Positions 1-10,855 of a stretch of 64,000 nucleotides of DNA are shown in pieces. The notes under the pieces are model-generated. The model was not told where the DNA came from. It saw nothing but the letters and a program-made list of their open reading frames with translations, and did no database searches. Numbering within the stretch: position 1 is the first letter of the stretch; each line of letters begins with the position of its first letter. This stretch comes from Candidatus Bathyarchaeia archaeon (GTDB lineage: Archaea; Thermoproteota; Bathyarchaeia; 40CM-2-53-6): positions 64,001-128,000 of the forward strand of contig JBEKVV010000005.1 of assembly GCA_049513715.1 (NCBI GenBank). Reading direction: 5' to 3'. The position numbers were made by a program, and so were the translations under genes.

Positions 1-510
1 GTGTACTTGGCTCGTAATCATGCATGCGAGCCGTGAGCTGGAACAAAGTTCACCGAGGTACGCAAGTTGACCACTGAGGTCTCTGTTTAAACTGAAAATA
101 CTGTCAGCCTTGGAAAACGCAGCTCGGTAGAGGGAGGAGATAGAGTCAACTATGACCAAACCGAGCAAAGGGGTGACATAATTTTCGAGCGACTGGATTA
201 TTTTGCGTTGCTCTGCGAAAGTCTCGGGAAGGAAGAGCATTATCAATTCGCTAATTTCCTTTAAGTTGTCTTTCGCTATTTGTTGGTATCTCTGTTGTGT
301 GAAGGAGTGATCGGAGTCAACGTAGAGTACTTTGAAACCCATCTTGGCGGCATTTGTTGCGGCTTGAATTACTGTGGTGGTTTTTCCTGTCGCGGCTTCG
401 CCGTAGATTAATGAGATTTCACCGCGGTGAAATCCTCCGCGCAATAGCCCATCTAATCTTGGGCAACCTATTGGAATGTTCCCCTCCCTCGGTGGCAATT
501 CGATAACCAT
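1..510 (-). CDS. radB: DNA repair/recombination protein RadB (RecA family), runs off window start
   Basis: Manual translation from ATG 510: MVIELPPREGNIPIGCPRLDGLLRGGFHRGEISLIYGEAATGKTT; Walker A with short N-terminus, no RadA HhH domain. Confidence 0.75.
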   Translation of the reverse strand, partial: MVIELPPREGNIPIGCPRLDGLLRGGFHRGEISLIYGEAATGKTTTVIQAATNAAKMGFKVLYVDSDHSFTQQRYQQIAKDNLKEISELIMLFLPETFAEQRKIIQSLENYVTPLLGLVIVDSISSLYRAAFSKADSIFSLNRDLSGQLAYLGELCSSSRLACMITSQVH

Positions 511-596
511 GCTCGGTGTGGAAAGTTACCTAGTACAATGCGACGGTTTCCGGGACATAGGTAATAGCCCTACCCCGACGCTTGAGCGTGGAACCC

Positions 597-1040
597 CTAT
601 TCTTGACTCGACATCAATTCCTTAACGATAGCGCGTGGTCTGGCAGCGTCAAGCAGCCGTGTGAACTGTTTGATCCACAGAGGGTACAAGTACAGCTTTC
701 CGTAGAAGAATTCCTCAAACACCAAGTTATCGAGGAGGCTTATGGCCCTACGGACCGTTGAGTACCCGTAGACAGTGGAAAGACGGTCCACATTATCTAG
801 CGATGGAAGGCTCAAGAACTCCGAGGCGATTGTCGCGTAAAGTTGTCTTTGGTCGCGTACTTCCTGTAGCCTTCTTTGACTCAGTTTTCGCAGAGCCAGT
901 CGCTTAAACACCCGCGACTGCTTCAACCGCTCTTCTAGGGCGAAATTCTTCGGCAAATCCAAGGGGCTCAGTTCCAGTACTTCTGAGCCACGCATTTTTA
1001 AATTCATGCACGTACGATGAAAGAAATGTTCACGAACCAC
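597..1040 (-). CDS. hypothetical protein
   Basis: 147-aa ORF co-oriented between gcvH and radB; no motif recognised. Confidence 0.5.
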   Translation of the reverse strand: MVREHFFHRTCMNLKMRGSEVLELSPLDLPKNFALEERLKQSRVFKRLALRKLSQRRLQEVRDQRQLYATIASEFLSLPSLDNVDRLSTVYGYSTVRRAISLLDNLVFEEFFYGKLYLYPLWIKQFTRLLDAARPRAIVKELMSSQE

Positions 1041-1049
1041 ATGGAGTCT

Positions 1050-1463
1050 TTATTTCTTCTTGCTAACTTCCTCAAGGTACTTACCGTAACTTTCGGAGCT
1101 CAGCAGGGATTTCAAGTCCTCTTGTAGACGCGAAACCTTAACTACCGCAATCCATCCCGCGCCGTAGGGTTCCTGGTTTACAAGTTCAGGTGAATTCACG
1201 AGTTTCTCGTTGCGTTCTATGACTTCACCCGTAACTGGTGAATACAACTCCGACACCGCCTTGACAGATTCAACTGTTCCGAATACTGCGCTCTGAGTCA
1301 ATACTTTTCCGATGTTTGGTAGGTCTACGTAAACGACCTCGTGGAGCGTCTTTTGCGCGTAGTCAGTGATTCCGACCCTGCACTTGTCCCCTTCGACCTT
1401 CAACCACTCGTGTTCTTTGGTGTAGTAGAGTTCGCCCGGCACTTCGCTATCGACTACCTTCAT
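1050..1463 (-). CDS. gcvH: glycine cleavage system H protein (lipoyl carrier)
   Basis: YTKEHEW, VGITDYAQ, ESVKAVSELYSP lipoyl-Lys motif; start placed at ATG 1463. Confidence 0.93.
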   Translation of the reverse strand: MKVVDSEVPGELYYTKEHEWLKVEGDKCRVGITDYAQKTLHEVVYVDLPNIGKVLTQSAVFGTVESVKAVSELYSPVTGEVIERNEKLVNSPELVNQEPYGAGWIAVVKVSRLQEDLKSLLSSESYGKYLEEVSKKK

Positions 1464-1531
1464 GGCAATAGACACCACACGTCCTTTTTGACGAGGAGGC
1501 AGCGTATTTAGCAATATGCTCTGGCTTCTAG

Positions 1532-2665
1532 TTGTGCGAGAGCGAATTCAGAGAACGGATCATGCGAGGTGCACAATCGTTGCGCTACCTAGTTGCGGCC
1601 CATAATACGTTAGTCATCCGCGGTCCAGGGTCATTTCAACTTCTAAGTGGAAACGCCAGTGTTCTTGGCGCGCGCATCGGCACCAACCGCAGAATTGTCA
1701 TCAGACAAGAAAAGCAGCTTCCAATAGAAACTCAATCTGAAACCGACTTAGAGATACTGTTGGGCGGCGAAGGTGGAGTATTCGAAGTCGAGGGAAGTAC
1801 GATTCCGAACTCTTGGGCAACCGCAGCCGAAGCGCTGACACAGCTTAAGCAGGGCAAGATCATTGTGATTGGGCCTTCTGATGTCGGCAAGAGTGCTTTC
1901 TGCACGTACCTCGCTAATTCACTAATGAAAGAAAGACTTAGAGTTCGCATACTCGATGGCGACATCGGTCAGGCAGACATTGGACCGCCGACAGCGATAG
2001 GCAGTGCTATCCCAACCAGCCCCATCTATTCTCTTACCGATCTCAACCCAGAAGCACTCCTCTTCGTCGGAGATACCACGCCGAGCCGCGTAGAGGCGAA
2101 GCTGATTGAAGGAATCCACCGACTGGGTGCCATCAGCCAAGAAGAGCTCACAATCATCAACACTGATGGATGGGTCTTGGATCCACAGGCTGTATTGTAC
2201 AAGATGAAGTTGGTTGAGGCCATTGAGCCTGACCTCGTCATTGGGATATCGGCTTCCGATGATCTTCAACCTATCCTGTCCGGGTCAAGGGCGAAGTGCT
2301 TTCAAGTTCGGCCGCCCGAGCAGGTTTTGCCTCGTACCAGAAGCGATAGACGAGATCTTCGCACGCTGCAATACCGGAAATTTCTGGATGGTGGAACAAT
2401 CAAAACGATGTCCACACGCGACGTGATCCTCAAAGGCCCTCAGGGGCCAATTTCACCCCAAAACTCCAAGTACAAAGAACATGCGGGACTGATTACAGGA
2501 CTCTTGGATCAAAATGGATTCATGCTTCAGATAGGCGTCACAATGAACTTGGAGCGAGAATTCTTGAAGGTCTACACAAGGTCAATAGAGAAGGTAAGTG
2601 AGGTGGAGTTCGGCCAAATTAGGCTCACAATCGAGGGGATGGAGGTAGGGTATCTAGAGTATTGA
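1532..2665 (+). CDS. Clp1/Grc3-family polynucleotide 5'-hydroxyl kinase
   Basis: Walker A GPSDVGKS, DGDIGQADIGPP, INTDGW motifs. Confidence 0.85.
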   Translation: MCESEFRERIMRGAQSLRYLVAAHNTLVIRGPGSFQLLSGNASVLGARIGTNRRIVIRQEKQLPIETQSETDLEILLGGEGGVFEVEGSTIPNSWATAAEALTQLKQGKIIVIGPSDVGKSAFCTYLANSLMKERLRVRILDGDIGQADIGPPTAIGSAIPTSPIYSLTDLNPEALLFVGDTTPSRVEAKLIEGIHRLGAISQEELTIINTDGWVLDPQAVLYKMKLVEAIEPDLVIGISASDDLQPILSGSRAKCFQVRPPEQVLPRTRSDRRDLRTLQYRKFLDGGTIKTMSTRDVILKGPQGPISPQNSKYKEHAGLITGLLDQNGFMLQIGVTMNLEREFLKVYTRSIEKVSEVEFGQIRLTIEGMEVGYLEY

Positions 2666-2751
2666 ACCACGGGCCGAATTTGTGATTAGACTAATCCTTT
2701 AATGAATCAATTGCGAGCTATCAAGCCACTTTTGCCCGGAGGAAAGCAGTC

Positions 2752-4155
2752 TTGAGGGAGCTGGAAGAGTACAGAACGAAGATTCGTGAAACTGACCGAC
2801 AAATGCTCTCCCTAATCCAAGAAAGGTTATCACTAGGCGATAAATTGGCGGCAGTGAAGCACGCGAAAAGCCTGCCAATAATTGATGCAACCGCAGAGCA
2901 AGCAGTTCTTGACAACTTAACAGAAACTGCAAAGACCCTTGGACTAACGACTAGTTTCGCACGGCGATTGGGAGAACTCCTAATTGAGGAATCCGTGAGA
3001 GTCCAGGATGAAGGAAAACCGAAGCAATCGAAAGACCAATTGATGAAGGAAATTTTCGAACTCATACAGAAACTGTTAGCCCAGGGTCAACGTGTCACAC
3101 GCTTTGAGATTGGAGAACCGAACTTTCCTCCGTCAACACAAATTGTACGCGCTCTGACGGATACTTTCCGCAAGAAGAAGATTGTTGGATACGGACCCGC
3201 TGCTGGTCTCCCGGAGCTGCGGAAGGCTCTGGCCGATGAACTAAGCGCCCAGCACAATTTCACAATCGACCCCGACCAGATCGTCGTAACACCGGGTGGG
3301 AGATTTGCCATATTCGCCGCCGTCACAAGTTTCGTCTCTCCCTTAGAACGCGTGGCCATTCCGCAGCCGGCTTGGCCAGCATATGAGGAATGCGTCGACT
3401 TCGCAAGGGGTCGCACAATTCCGATTAACACAACACTCGAAGACAGCTGGGAGGTTGACCTGGGAAGGCTGGAAGACGAGCTGAGGAAAGGCGTCAAATT
3501 ACTCATCCTGAACACGCCCAACAACCCTACAGGCAAGATCATACGTCAGAAAAAATTCAGGGAAATCGTAGACCTAGCAAAGAGGTATGGCACGTTGGTG
3601 CTCTCCGATGAGGTGTATGAGAGGTACGTTCACAAGAAGAGTCCAAGCATCCTAGAGAGCGGATACGAAAACTTCGTGTATATCAACAGCTTCTCCAAGC
3701 AATTCAGTCTAACAGGGTGGAGAATCGCATACCTGGTAACCACGAAACAAGCTGCTCTGAGAGTCCGCCGCGTGATTCAAACAGCAATAACCTGCGTACC
3801 CGAATTCACACAAAGAGCTGCCCTCGTTGCAATAACAAAAGGCCGTAGAGAAGCCCAACGGCAAGTCAACGATATTTTGAAGAAAGTAGACTTCACCTGC
3901 CGGGAACTGAGCAAAATCGACGTTTCCTTCTATAAGCCCGAAGGGGCTTTCTACGTCTTCCCTAAGGTTAACAGATCGAACTTTGATTCAGTCAGATTCG
4001 CAAGGGAACTTCTAGAGAAACATCATGTTAGCATAAGCCCGGGCCAGGCCTTCGGAGACTACCCAGAATTCTTCAGACTTGCGGTCTCCTTGCCCAAAGC
4101 CCAGATCCCCAGTGCCATCAAAGCCATCGGCAGGGCGATAGATGCTTGGTCGTAG
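2752..4155 (+). CDS. chorismate mutase (AroQ) - class I/II PLP aminotransferase fusion
   Basis: N-terminal LEEYRTKIRETDRQMLSLIQER...VK AroQ pattern; C-terminal NTPNNPTG, SDEVY, SFSKQFSLTGWRI. Confidence 0.85.
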   Translation: MRELEEYRTKIRETDRQMLSLIQERLSLGDKLAAVKHAKSLPIIDATAEQAVLDNLTETAKTLGLTTSFARRLGELLIEESVRVQDEGKPKQSKDQLMKEIFELIQKLLAQGQRVTRFEIGEPNFPPSTQIVRALTDTFRKKKIVGYGPAAGLPELRKALADELSAQHNFTIDPDQIVVTPGGRFAIFAAVTSFVSPLERVAIPQPAWPAYEECVDFARGRTIPINTTLEDSWEVDLGRLEDELRKGVKLLILNTPNNPTGKIIRQKKFREIVDLAKRYGTLVLSDEVYERYVHKKSPSILESGYENFVYINSFSKQFSLTGWRIAYLVTTKQAALRVRRVIQTAITCVPEFTQRAALVAITKGRREAQRQVNDILKKVDFTCRELSKIDVSFYKPEGAFYVFPKVNRSNFDSVRFARELLEKHHVSISPGQAFGDYPEFFRLAVSLPKAQIPSAIKAIGRAIDAWS

Positions 4156-5027
4156 CGACCGTCATCGGTGGAGCGGGACGAATGGGCGCATGGTTCGCCA
4201 ACTTCCTAAAGAAAAACGGGTACAGAGTCATCATACAAGACAAGAACTCCACCGCTGCTAGGGCACTCGCCAGAAAGGAAGGCTACCAATTCATCAAATC
4301 ACAGAATCAGGCAATCTCATTGGGCCAAATAATCGTACTAGCCACACCCACGAATGCAACATTGTCCTTGCTAAGTCGTACGAGCCTAATGTTCAGTCGG
4401 GAAAAACTTTATGTCGAAATTTCCTCAGTTAAAGAACCAGTCAGGACAACCATTCAACTATTACGCCGAAGGATTGGCATTCTAAGCGTTCATCCGATGT
4501 TCGGCCCAGGGTCTCAGACACTGTCAGGAAAAGCCATGCTCGTTACATCTGAGCCAGCTAATAGTAAAATGGCCGAAGCGCTGTTGAAACTGTTCCGAAA
4601 GAAAGGCGTAATGCTATTCCGGTTTGACCCGGAACGCCATGACCAACTGATTGCGCTGGTTCTGGCCCTACCTCATTTCGTCAACAACATCTTCATGAAT
4701 ACCCTGAAGACAATTGGAGAGAACCCTAACCGCCTTCGTAAAGTAGCGGGCACGACCTTTAGACTGCAGTTGCTCACTGCAGAAGCAATCAGTCAGGAGG
4801 ATACTGAGAACGAGCTTTCAATATTGATCGACACTAAGGAAACCCTGACGGTACTGAGGCTATTCCTCAAACAATGCACTGCAGCGGCTAAGGCTGTCGA
4901 AAAAGGTCAACGCAAACGTTTGCGCGAGACTCTCGTTAATGGACGAAGCTACGTTCAAAGAGACCGGGTGTTCGCAACTGCATATAGACGATTTAATGCA
5001 GCTGTTGAAGCGTCTAGTTCTGTTTGA
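4146..5027 (+). CDS. tyrA: prephenate dehydrogenase
   Basis: GGAGRMG Rossmann motif, EISSVK, HPMFGP, HD...LALPH. Confidence 0.88.
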   Translation: MVVATVIGGAGRMGAWFANFLKKNGYRVIIQDKNSTAARALARKEGYQFIKSQNQAISLGQIIVLATPTNATLSLLSRTSLMFSREKLYVEISSVKEPVRTTIQLLRRRIGILSVHPMFGPGSQTLSGKAMLVTSEPANSKMAEALLKLFRKKGVMLFRFDPERHDQLIALVLALPHFVNNIFMNTLKTIGENPNRLRKVAGTTFRLQLLTAEAISQEDTENELSILIDTKETLTVLRLFLKQCTAAAKAVEKGQRKRLRETLVNGRSYVQRDRVFATAYRRFNAAVEASSSV

Positions 5028-6141
5028 TGATCCTGGATTGTTTCTTGCCCATTACGCGTGGGAGCACACCTGCACGCAGGCAATGGTCCGCAAGCACTAT
5101 TGCCACAGCAGATTCTACCACTGGGACGGCTTTTGGAACAATGCACGGGTCATGGCGCCCAGAAACCTGGACGATCGTGTCTTTCATTTCCTGAAGGTTG
5201 ACAGTTTGCTGTTGCCTAGGGATTGAGGATGGCGGCTTGAACCCTACGTGAACCACAACAGGCATTCCGTTTGATAGACCACCTAGGATTCCTCCGGAGT
5301 TGTTGGTTAGGGTGACGACCTTGCCTTCGTGAACGGTGTACGGGTCGTTATTCTCTGAACCTTTCACGGCAGAGGCCTGAAAACCTAACCCTACCTCGAA
5401 GCCTTTCACTGCGGGTATGCTGAAGGCGATTTTAGCGAGATCTGCGTCTAAGCTGTCAAAGAATGGTTCCCCGATCCCAGGAGGTACACCATCGGCGACA
5501 CATTCTACAACTCCTCCAACGCTATCGCCAGACCTGCGAGCCTGAAGAATCACTTCTCTCATTTTCTCTGCTGTTTCTGGGTCTGCGCAGCGGACTGAGT
5601 TTGCGAACGCGTTCTTCTTTATAATGTCATGGGGCAGTGTCCGGCCCAACTTTACTGTGTGAACTTGAATTGTGTGCGCAAAAACCTCGACTCCAATGGT
5701 GCTCAGTAGCTTCCTGGCTATGGCCCCAGCCATGACGATGGGGACGGTCATTCTACCGCTGGCTTGTCCGCCTCCCCGAAGGTCACTGAAATCACCGTAT
5801 TTTATTCGCATTGGAAAATCCGCATGCCCCGGTCTGGCTACGGACTTAAGTTTCTCATAGTCTTGGGACCTGACATCTTTGTTCAATGTTAACAGGGCTA
5901 CAGGTGCGCCGGTTGTGTGACCCTCGAAGATGCCCGAGAGAATCTGAACTTCGTCCTTTTCTCGCCTAGCTGATGTCATTGCTGGATCTGGTGGAATTCT
6001 TCTGTCCAGCTCTCGTTGAATGTCTTCTGTGTTCAACGAAAGCCCGGCGGGGCAACCGTCGACCACAGTCGCCACTCCGGGGCCATGGCTTTCACCGAAG
6101 ACTGTGACGCAGAATTCCTTTCCGAATGTGCTGTCACCCAT
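5014..6141 (-). CDS. aroC: chorismate synthase
   Basis: FGESHG, RPGHAD, RGGG.SGR.T, GRHDPC. Confidence 0.96.
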   Translation of the reverse strand: MGDSTFGKEFCVTVFGESHGPGVATVVDGCPAGLSLNTEDIQRELDRRIPPDPAMTSARREKDEVQILSGIFEGHTTGAPVALLTLNKDVRSQDYEKLKSVARPGHADFPMRIKYGDFSDLRGGGQASGRMTVPIVMAGAIARKLLSTIGVEVFAHTIQVHTVKLGRTLPHDIIKKNAFANSVRCADPETAEKMREVILQARRSGDSVGGVVECVADGVPPGIGEPFFDSLDADLAKIAFSIPAVKGFEVGLGFQASAVKGSENNDPYTVHEGKVVTLTNNSGGILGGLSNGMPVVVHVGFKPPSSIPRQQQTVNLQEMKDTIVQVSGRHDPCIVPKAVPVVESAVAIVLADHCLRAGVLPRVMGKKQSRIIKQN

Positions 6142-7402
6142 TCACTTCAACTCCCAATGCACGCATGTCATCGAAGAAGGTTGGGTATGATTTGCTTACG
6201 CATTCAGCGCCTTGAATTTCAACTCTGCCATCTGCGCCCAGGGCAGCAACTGTGAGCGCCATTGCAATTCTGTGGTCACCATGCGACTGAACAACTCCTC
6301 CTCTCAACGAGGCGGGACCATGAATGCGAAATCCATCCTCTGTCTCTGTGACGTTTGCGCCCAATGCCACTAATTCATCGGAAATACTGGTCAATCGATC
6401 AGACTCTTTGAATCGCAACCTTGAGGCCCCGCAGATCGTTGTTTCCCCATCAGCGTAGCATCCAAGAACTGCCGCCACAGGCCCCAAGTCTGGAGAGTCA
6501 TGAATATCAATTCTAGCGGCCTTCAGACCCACGCCTTCGACCAATACCCCATCATCAACGAGCCTGACGGCTGCCCCCATTTGAGACAGAAGCCCAAGAA
6601 CAACGCCGTCCGGTTCATGGCTAGGTGACGCAAGGCCTCGAACTACAACGCGTGAATTCGTTATAGCTGCGGCGGAGAGTGGGAACGCAGCCGAGGAGTA
6701 ATCTCCCGAAATCGAATGCTCAGCCGAAACGTACCTCTCATTCGGAGTAACTTCAAAAAATGACATCTCACCATCGGTTCTAGCGTGAACCCCATGTTTT
6801 TTCATGGCATCCATTGTGAGCGAGACATATCCTCTTGATTCCAAACGCGTTGTCAAATCCAATCGTAAACCCTTCTTCATGAGAGGCCCGGCGAGGATTA
6901 GGCCTGAGATGAACTGGGAACTGACATCCCCCCGAACAGAAACAGAACCCCCCTCTGGCACTTCACCATCCAATACAACCGAATCATCGTTTACGGTGAG
7001 CTTCACTCCGACTTGTTCCATTGCTGACGCCAAGGGTTGCAAAGGCCTTTTCAGGAGATTACATTTCGCTCTCAACGCCACCCTTCTGCCCGTAAGGGAT
7101 ACTATTGGAATTAGGAAACGCAGGGTAACACCTGATTCACCGCATTGAATTTCCTCTTGCGGTGGATTCGGGAAACCTTTGCCTTCCACGTTCCAAATCC
7201 TCCCTTGTCGAATTATCTTTGCTCCTAAAGCGGAGATGCATTTAGCGGTCGCTTCTGTGTCATCACAAGAGAGTGGATTGTCGATCCTTGTAGTGCCTTT
7301 CGAAAGGAGACCAGTGAAAAGTGCGCGGTGAGTTTGCGCTTTTGATGGAGGAGCGGTTATCGTACCCGAGAGTTGGCGCTTTGGAGTTATTGTGACGTTC
7401 AA
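6134..7402 (-). CDS. aroA: 3-phosphoshikimate 1-carboxyvinyltransferase (EPSP synthase)
   Basis: PPSKAQTHR, CGESGVTLR, SSQFISG, LRFKESDR, DHRIAMA. Confidence 0.95.
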   Translation of the reverse strand: MNVTITPKRQLSGTITAPPSKAQTHRALFTGLLSKGTTRIDNPLSCDDTEATAKCISALGAKIIRQGRIWNVEGKGFPNPPQEEIQCGESGVTLRFLIPIVSLTGRRVALRAKCNLLKRPLQPLASAMEQVGVKLTVNDDSVVLDGEVPEGGSVSVRGDVSSQFISGLILAGPLMKKGLRLDLTTRLESRGYVSLTMDAMKKHGVHARTDGEMSFFEVTPNERYVSAEHSISGDYSSAAFPLSAAAITNSRVVVRGLASPSHEPDGVVLGLLSQMGAAVRLVDDGVLVEGVGLKAARIDIHDSPDLGPVAAVLGCYADGETTICGASRLRFKESDRLTSISDELVALGANVTETEDGFRIHGPASLRGGVVQSHGDHRIAMALTVAALGADGRVEIQGAECVSKSYPTFFDDMRALGVEVNG

Positions 7403-8280
7403 TTCATCACCCTCAGCACATGAGCTTTCTCGAAGTTTGGACGAGCGTCAATAGTATATCCCGGAATTAGGTTCCACGAGCGAAGAACGGCCTCAACTTT
7501 CGAGCTTGGAGCAATAGCTACGACTGCGGGCCCTTTCCCGGACAAACCTGCCGCTATGGCCCCTGCCCGAAGTGCCTCTGTGATGGGGCGAGCGCTATAG
7601 CCCAAAGCTTCACAGTATAGCAGTCCGTTCAATGTCAGCGAAAACCAATGGTTGCCTTTCAAGGCTTCTCGGTGGGCCGTTTGGACGAATCGCCTTATCC
7701 TCCTGAACTCGGTCGGGTCAATGTCCCTTGTGTACTTCTTAGAATTTGGGATCTGCACTAGTGCGTGCAATCGACGGTTGGGATTGAACCGTTTCAGTAC
7801 TCGCCGCCGTTTATTGTCCGTTATTACCCCGCCGCCAAAGTAGCAGGCGCACGCATCATCGAACGCTCCAGTAAGAGTAACCCCTGCTTGAAGGCTGGCG
7901 TCGACCGCAAGCCTCACCGTATCTAGGTCACCAGTTTTCTTATTCAGAGCTCTGATTGTGGCCAAAGCCACGGCGTTGCTTGCAGCACTACTGCTCTTCA
8001 AACCGACAGCAACAGGTATGTTCGATCGGGTTTCCACGAATGCTCCAAATTGATGATGGACTCTGAACTTTCGGAAGACACGACGAACGGTGGTTTCAAT
8101 TAGGGTTGTGTCCTCATCAGGATGAGTCAAGCTGCGTCCTTTTATTACCCCTACTTCGCTGCTCAGTTCAACACGAGCCTTTGTCCAGAGAGCTATGCCT
8201 AGGGCTGCGCCTCTTCCTGTTGCCATGGCATTGACTATGGTGACAGCCCCATGGCTCACGGCCTCAGCTACTCTTAGCAT
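7399..8280 (-). CDS. aroK: archaeal (GHMP-type) shikimate kinase
   Basis: GAVTIVNAMATG, PVAVGLKSSSA, TGAFDD, GLSGKGP. Confidence 0.92.
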   Translation of the reverse strand: MLRVAEAVSHGAVTIVNAMATGRGAALGIALWTKARVELSSEVGVIKGRSLTHPDEDTTLIETTVRRVFRKFRVHHQFGAFVETRSNIPVAVGLKSSSAASNAVALATIRALNKKTGDLDTVRLAVDASLQAGVTLTGAFDDACACYFGGGVITDNKRRRVLKRFNPNRRLHALVQIPNSKKYTRDIDPTEFRRIRRFVQTAHREALKGNHWFSLTLNGLLYCEALGYSARPITEALRAGAIAAGLSGKGPAVVAIAPSSKVEAVLRSWNLIPGYTIDARPNFEKAHVLRVMN

Positions 8281-9169
8281 CTGTCACCGCCATCACATTT
8301 TGAGCAATTGCGCCTCGCATTTCCGACATTGGTGCCTTCCTTCCCGTCCACAACTCAAAAGAAGCTGCACCTTGACTCACTAGCATGTCAAGACCGTTGA
8401 TCGTTTGTGCGCCCGCCGATTCAGCAGTTCTGAGGAGCTTGGTTTGAATTGGCTTGTAGACAATGTCCAGGACCCATTGCCCGGCACTAATTGAGCCTTC
8501 ATGGACGGGCGGATTGTTTCTTCCATCCATACCCATGGAAGAAGCGTTTATGATTACATCGGATCCTTTCACCAAGAGCTGTAGTTTAGGATTCGAAATT
8601 GCAGTATGGGAGATGTTGACCGGGAATTTCTTGTGTAATTGATTCTGCAGACGCGTGGCCTTTGTGAGGGTTCTATTTGCGAGCAAGATCGTTCTGACAC
8701 GTGACGCCATCGCGAAAGCGATAGCCTTACCAGCGCCCCCAGCGCCGAACAAGAGAACCGACTTTCCCTCGAGTATTGCACCAGCCCCCCTGAATGCGTT
8801 TACCGCACCGATTCCATCCGTATTGTAGCCAAGCAACGAACCATTTCGGTTTACGACCGTGTTTACTGAACCGATCTCAGCCGCCGTGCGGTCTAACTTG
8901 TCTAGATATCTCACCACCCTGAGCTTGTAAGGTGACGTAACGTTGAACCCCTTCACACCCACATCGCGAAGACCCTCGACCGCAGATCCGAGGGTGGATT
9001 GTTTCACTCGAAATGGCACGTAAACAGCATTCATGCCGATCGACCGGAACGCGGCGTTTTGAACCAGAGGGCTCAGCGAATGATCCACAGGATCTCCGAT
9101 AATGGCGTAGACCGCGGTCTTCCCGGAAATCGTTAGGTTACTGTACTCCAAGGCTCTGCCACGCGTCAC
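8264..9169 (-). CDS. aroE: shikimate dehydrogenase
   Basis: HSLSP, GFNVTSPYK, GYNTDG, GAGGA; true start may be slightly downstream. Confidence 0.94.
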   Translation of the reverse strand: MTRGRALEYSNLTISGKTAVYAIIGDPVDHSLSPLVQNAAFRSIGMNAVYVPFRVKQSTLGSAVEGLRDVGVKGFNVTSPYKLRVVRYLDKLDRTAAEIGSVNTVVNRNGSLLGYNTDGIGAVNAFRGAGAILEGKSVLLFGAGGAGKAIAFAMASRVRTILLANRTLTKATRLQNQLHKKFPVNISHTAISNPKLQLLVKGSDVIINASSMGMDGRNNPPVHEGSISAGQWVLDIVYKPIQTKLLRTAESAGAQTINGLDMLVSQGAASFELWTGRKAPMSEMRGAIAQNVMAVTDAKSS

Positions 9170-9800
9170 GAAGCCTGTCTATGCTCAGTTGTCCATCCGC
9201 CGTTGCGGAATCATCGGTGAGGGCAGCGAAGGTAAATTCTGCGCCGAAGAGTGGGGACAGAACCCTGGACGGCACACCGATAGAGCCCATGGCGAAGGAA
9301 ACGAGTTTCGTGTTTGCTGATTTGCTTTCAAGAAATCCAAGGACAGTTAGGTTGTCACGAGGGTGTCGTGCGGTCGTTACAATTTTGAAAAGATCACCAC
9401 GGCTCTTCCGCTCAGACATCAATATTCCCTGCAAATCGCTCAGCGTTGGCGTGCCAAAATAGTCGTGAAAAGAGATGATTACTTTCGACCCGCAGTCATG
9501 AGCCTGCGGGACTAAGGTGCTAGTTGAAGGATATGCCGCATCAATGTCGACGTACTCGAAGCCACTCGCAGCGGCGGTGAGAAGCACTTTCTCCTTTTCT
9601 ATGCTCTCTCTGTTTGACTTGTCGGTAGCAATTGCCGGAAACGGTTTCACCTTTCCAATTCTCTCAACGACATCAGCATCCCGTACTGAATCTAAGCGGA
9701 ACTCAACCAAGTCTGGGTTCTTTTCAGAGATTCGTTCTATTAGTTGCTCGACATTGTCCGCGTCATCTAAAACGACGGACAGACAGACTCGGCATTTCAA
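9138..9800 (-). CDS. aroD: type I 3-dehydroquinate dehydratase
   Basis: VEFRLD, IISFHDYFGTP, FAMG...SR. Confidence 0.9.
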   Translation of the reverse strand: MKCRVCLSVVLDDADNVEQLIERISEKNPDLVEFRLDSVRDADVVERIGKVKPFPAIATDKSNRESIEKEKVLLTAAASGFEYVDIDAAYPSTSTLVPQAHDCGSKVIISFHDYFGTPTLSDLQGILMSERKSRGDLFKIVTTARHPRDNLTVLGFLESKSANTKLVSFAMGSIGVPSRVLSPLFGAEFTFAALTDDSATADGQLSIDRLRDAWQSLGVQ

Positions 9801-10855
9801 CGTTCAATCACCATTTCATCTGCCACTAATGTGCCGAAATGACGGCCACCACTTTCTATCCGGACCAGAACCTCGTCGTCCGGTTTCAGTTCCGATACGG
9901 ATTTCGAGCTTCCATCAGACATCAACCGAACGGTCTCAGCGTTCTGAACAATCAGAGAGAAGCTGTGCCCACTTGATTCCGTCTGTATGACCATCATAGG
10001 CCTTCTTTCGATTTTGACCCTTCCAACGTGGCCCGTTCTTACTACGCCATTTCTGTTTGCAATTAGGACTTCATCGCCCGCCTTCAACTCGGACAGGTAT
10101 CGCGTTCTGTGGCCTGGTGTAAGTACGTACGAGGAGACTGGCCCCGCGTTCACTCTAAACGGCCTGGGGTCGACATGTGGGTTTCTGTGAACCTCCGCCT
10201 CGACTAGGAAAAGACCGGCGGATTGAGAACCTACAAGCATCCCTTCGCCGGGGTCCATCAGTTCGCATGTGTCGACGCAGACCCTTGTGCCCAGCCCGAT
10301 TGGCTTGACAGAGACCACTTTGACCTTGTTTAGCACAACCGGTTCTTCGATTTGCTTTACGAGGCGTTCCATTTCTTCTATTTCAGTTGACGTTTGTGGC
10401 GCGATGACTACGCCGTCCACGCCAAGCTCCAGTGTTTGCAGTGCAATCTTCGCTTCACTTTGGTCAGATGTGTCTGCGATTACCTCAGCTTTACCTCGCG
10501 TTTGGGCAATGAGATTCTCTAGTGGAATGATTTTCCAATCAGGACACCGAACTATTAGGTAGCGGACGCCTTTGCCAGCAAGCTGCAAGGCTATTTTCTC
10601 CGCCGCACTGTCTTTGACGGTGATTTCCACGGCCGCTTCTTTTGGAACCTGTTTGTCGAGCAGTTCATCACTTGAGAATAGTTTGATTTCTGAATCACCA
10701 TCTCTTGCGGCGGTTCTTAGTTTGAGGTTTGATACGAGCGGAAGATCTTGCTGGTCGAGCATGGCAACCGTGCAACGGCCCTGAGCAGCTTTGAGAAGCT
10801 CGTGTTTCTGTTCAATCGGAATGCTGGGGTCGAGCCTTAGCCAGAGCTGCTTCAT
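9797..10855 (-). CDS. 3-dehydroquinate synthase II (AroB')
   Basis: WKIIPLENLIA, RVCVDT, RPFRVNAG, QNAETVRL, GRHFG. Confidence 0.93.
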   Translation of the reverse strand: MKQLWLRLDPSIPIEQKHELLKAAQGRCTVAMLDQQDLPLVSNLKLRTAARDGDSEIKLFSSDELLDKQVPKEAAVEITVKDSAAEKIALQLAGKGVRYLIVRCPDWKIIPLENLIAQTRGKAEVIADTSDQSEAKIALQTLELGVDGVVIAPQTSTEIEEMERLVKQIEEPVVLNKVKVVSVKPIGLGTRVCVDTCELMDPGEGMLVGSQSAGLFLVEAEVHRNPHVDPRPFRVNAGPVSSYVLTPGHRTRYLSELKAGDEVLIANRNGVVRTGHVGRVKIERRPMMVIQTESSGHSFSLIVQNAETVRLMSDGSSKSVSELKPDDEVLVRIESGGRHFGTLVADEMVIER